A program made the position numbers and the translations under genes. The notes below the pieces were generated by a model, which searched no databases, was not told the origin of the DNA, and was given only the letters and a program-made list of their open reading frames with translations. Source: an uncultured Pseudomonadota bacterium (GTDB lineage: Bacteria > Pseudomonadota > Alphaproteobacteria > RF32 > CAG-239). Taken from it: DNA of 64,000 bases. The stretch is taken from positions 7,568 to 71,567 of the forward strand of contig CACWSG010000004.1 in NCBI GenBank assembly GCA_902763535.1, in the 5' to 3' direction. How positions within the stretch are numbered: the first letter of the stretch is position 1; each line of letters starts with the position of its first letter. Of the stretch, positions 62,803 to 64,000 are shown piece after piece.

Positions 62803-64000
62803 ATGAATAAATTTTTTATTGCAATATGTTTCAGTTTATTTTTGGCGACATCCGGTTATGCCGGAATAACTCCGATTAATAACTATAAAGGTACTTTGCA
62901 ACCATCGCAGCGCAATGCCACGCCTACTGTTAAGGTTGTGGACTATAACGATTTTGCATCTTTTGTTCATGAAGCAATTAAAAAAGCCAAATTTGCCACT
63001 AAGGAAGATATGGCAGGAAAAACCACAAGCTATGTGCCAAGTCTTAAGCGGCAGAAACAAGAGAGTGAAAGCAAAAAGAGCATATTCGAAAAAATTTATG
63101 ATCAAGCCATGCATAGAGCATCAGCCGGCACTAATATCACAAGATCTGATGTTGCAGTTAACAACTTGCAAAAATTACAACCGACTAAGGTTCAGCAACA
63201 ACAGTGGCAAAATCCCAAAATCCCGACTATCACCGTTAAAATGCTTCCCGATAATGTGGCAACAGCTATTCCTGCAGTTGAGCACATTCCCTATTGCATG
63301 AGCTCAATAGAGGTTCTCAATGACGGATTGGTTAAGATAGTAGAAACGGTTATGGTGGTAGCAAACGGCGAAAAGTTAAAATACGGATTAACCAAAATTC
63401 TACCGGCTAAAGTTTACAACGGTAAAAGCAAAATGCAAACATTGGATTATTCCATAGTCAGTGTCTTGCGCAATGACCAACCTGAAGATTATCGTTTGGT
63501 TGCTCAAGGCAATAATGTATTTTTAGTTCCGCAAGATGATTCGCCTTTAGCCCCAGGAGTATATACTTATCGATTCGAATATTTGGTCGATAATTTGCTG
63601 ATTGATAAAGGCGATTCGTATATGTTATATTGGGATGTCGGCGGCCATGGTTGGAATTTGGTAATCGATCGTTTAGGAGCCATACTAAACCTTCCGGAAA
63701 GAAAAGGATTGTTACAGCATAATGTTTTGTTCGGCAATGAAAATAATCTCTATTCCGGCGGTGTTTTGGTCGGACAACATGGTCCGGCAAGTATGGCTTA
63801 TGTTGCACAAAATCCTCTGTTTGTAGGGGAGGGAATGTATCTGCTGGCCTTAATTGACAAGTCTGTTATGATGCCGGTAGGATTATTGCAAAAATTTATG
63901 CGTTCTTTTTATGATTTTGGAGACATATACTTATCAGTTATAGGTTGTCTGTTTATAGCTGTTTCGTTGATTATATCTTGGCGTTACATTAAATCAGGGA
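62803..64000 (+). CDS. DUF2207-like membrane protein, 5' part (runs off the window)
   Basis: ATG at 62803 (frame 1) is open to the window end and is absent from the ORF track because it has no stop. Signal peptide MNKFFIAICFSLFLATSGYA. YTYRFEYLVDN..YWDVGGHGW resembles the DUF2207 N-domain. A TM helix lies at the end. Confidence 0.6.
   Translation, partial: MNKFFIAICFSLFLATSGYAGITPINNYKGTLQPSQRNATPTVKVVDYNDFASFVHEAIKKAKFATKEDMAGKTTSYVPSLKRQKQESESKKSIFEKIYDQAMHRASAGTNITRSDVAVNNLQKLQPTKVQQQQWQNPKIPTITVKMLPDNVATAIPAVEHIPYCMSSIEVLNDGLVKIVETVMVVANGEKLKYGLTKILPAKVYNGKSKMQTLDYSIVSVLRNDQPEDYRLVAQGNNVFLVPQDDSPLAPGVYTYRFEYLVDNLLIDKGDSYMLYWDVGGHGWNLVIDRLGAILNLPERKGLLQHNVLFGNENNLYSGGVLVGQHGPASMAYVAQNPLFVGEGMYLLALIDKSVMMPVGLLQKFMRSFYDFGDIYLSVIGCLFIAVSLIISWRYIKSG

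Noticed and set aside
1-64000. CRISPR arrays, rRNA genes, IS transposases, integrases
   Set aside because: No spaced short direct repeats, rRNA-like sequence or DDE/tyrosine-recombinase-like ORF was found while reading the ORF track and intergenic regions.

Overview
AT-rich bacterial chromosome segment. Its core synteny looks alphaproteobacterial: IalB-like/rlmN, DUF4167/prmC, rpoH, rplU-rpmA-obg-rsfS, sufBCDS-sufT, yajC-secD-secF, ihfA followed by a MerR-family gene, and murA. This placement is inference from gene order and protein motifs only. About 70 coding regions, one tRNA-Thr and several intrinsic terminators are supportable. No CRISPR array, rRNA, transposase or integrase was seen.

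Signals worth follow-up:
1. Three promoters share an identical MerR-type architecture: TTGACT, a 19-nt spacer and the dyad TTAGAGT-NN-ACTCTAA. They drive a polyferredoxin-tatA-tatC operon, an alpha/beta hydrolase gene, and a tightly coupled operon. That operon encodes a Tat-signal aldo/keto reductase with an Fe-S domain, a signal-peptide flavodoxin, larB-larC-larE and a His-rich Ni-transporter-like protein. No larA is present in the window.
2. G/C homopolymers of 8-10 nt are the only ones this long in the window. Each lies in a promoter-like spacer upstream of a variable gene: two flagellin-like genes carrying foreign central domains and one DUF6273-like gene. This suggests slipped-strand phase variation.
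3. The second flagellin-like gene is bracketed by direct copies of a 153-nt self-complementary MITE-like element, within a field of hairpin repeats.
4. An island at about 49.6-53.3 kb holds six small paralogous genes with A-rich, Shine-Dalgarno-less leaders. Next to it is a MuF-domain/lysozyme-like effector with an overlapping Cys-rich secreted partner, flanked by 19-nt direct repeats.
5. The tRNA-Thr locus carries partial duplications on both sides.

All family assignments come from motif recognition by eye and need HMM or BLAST confirmation.
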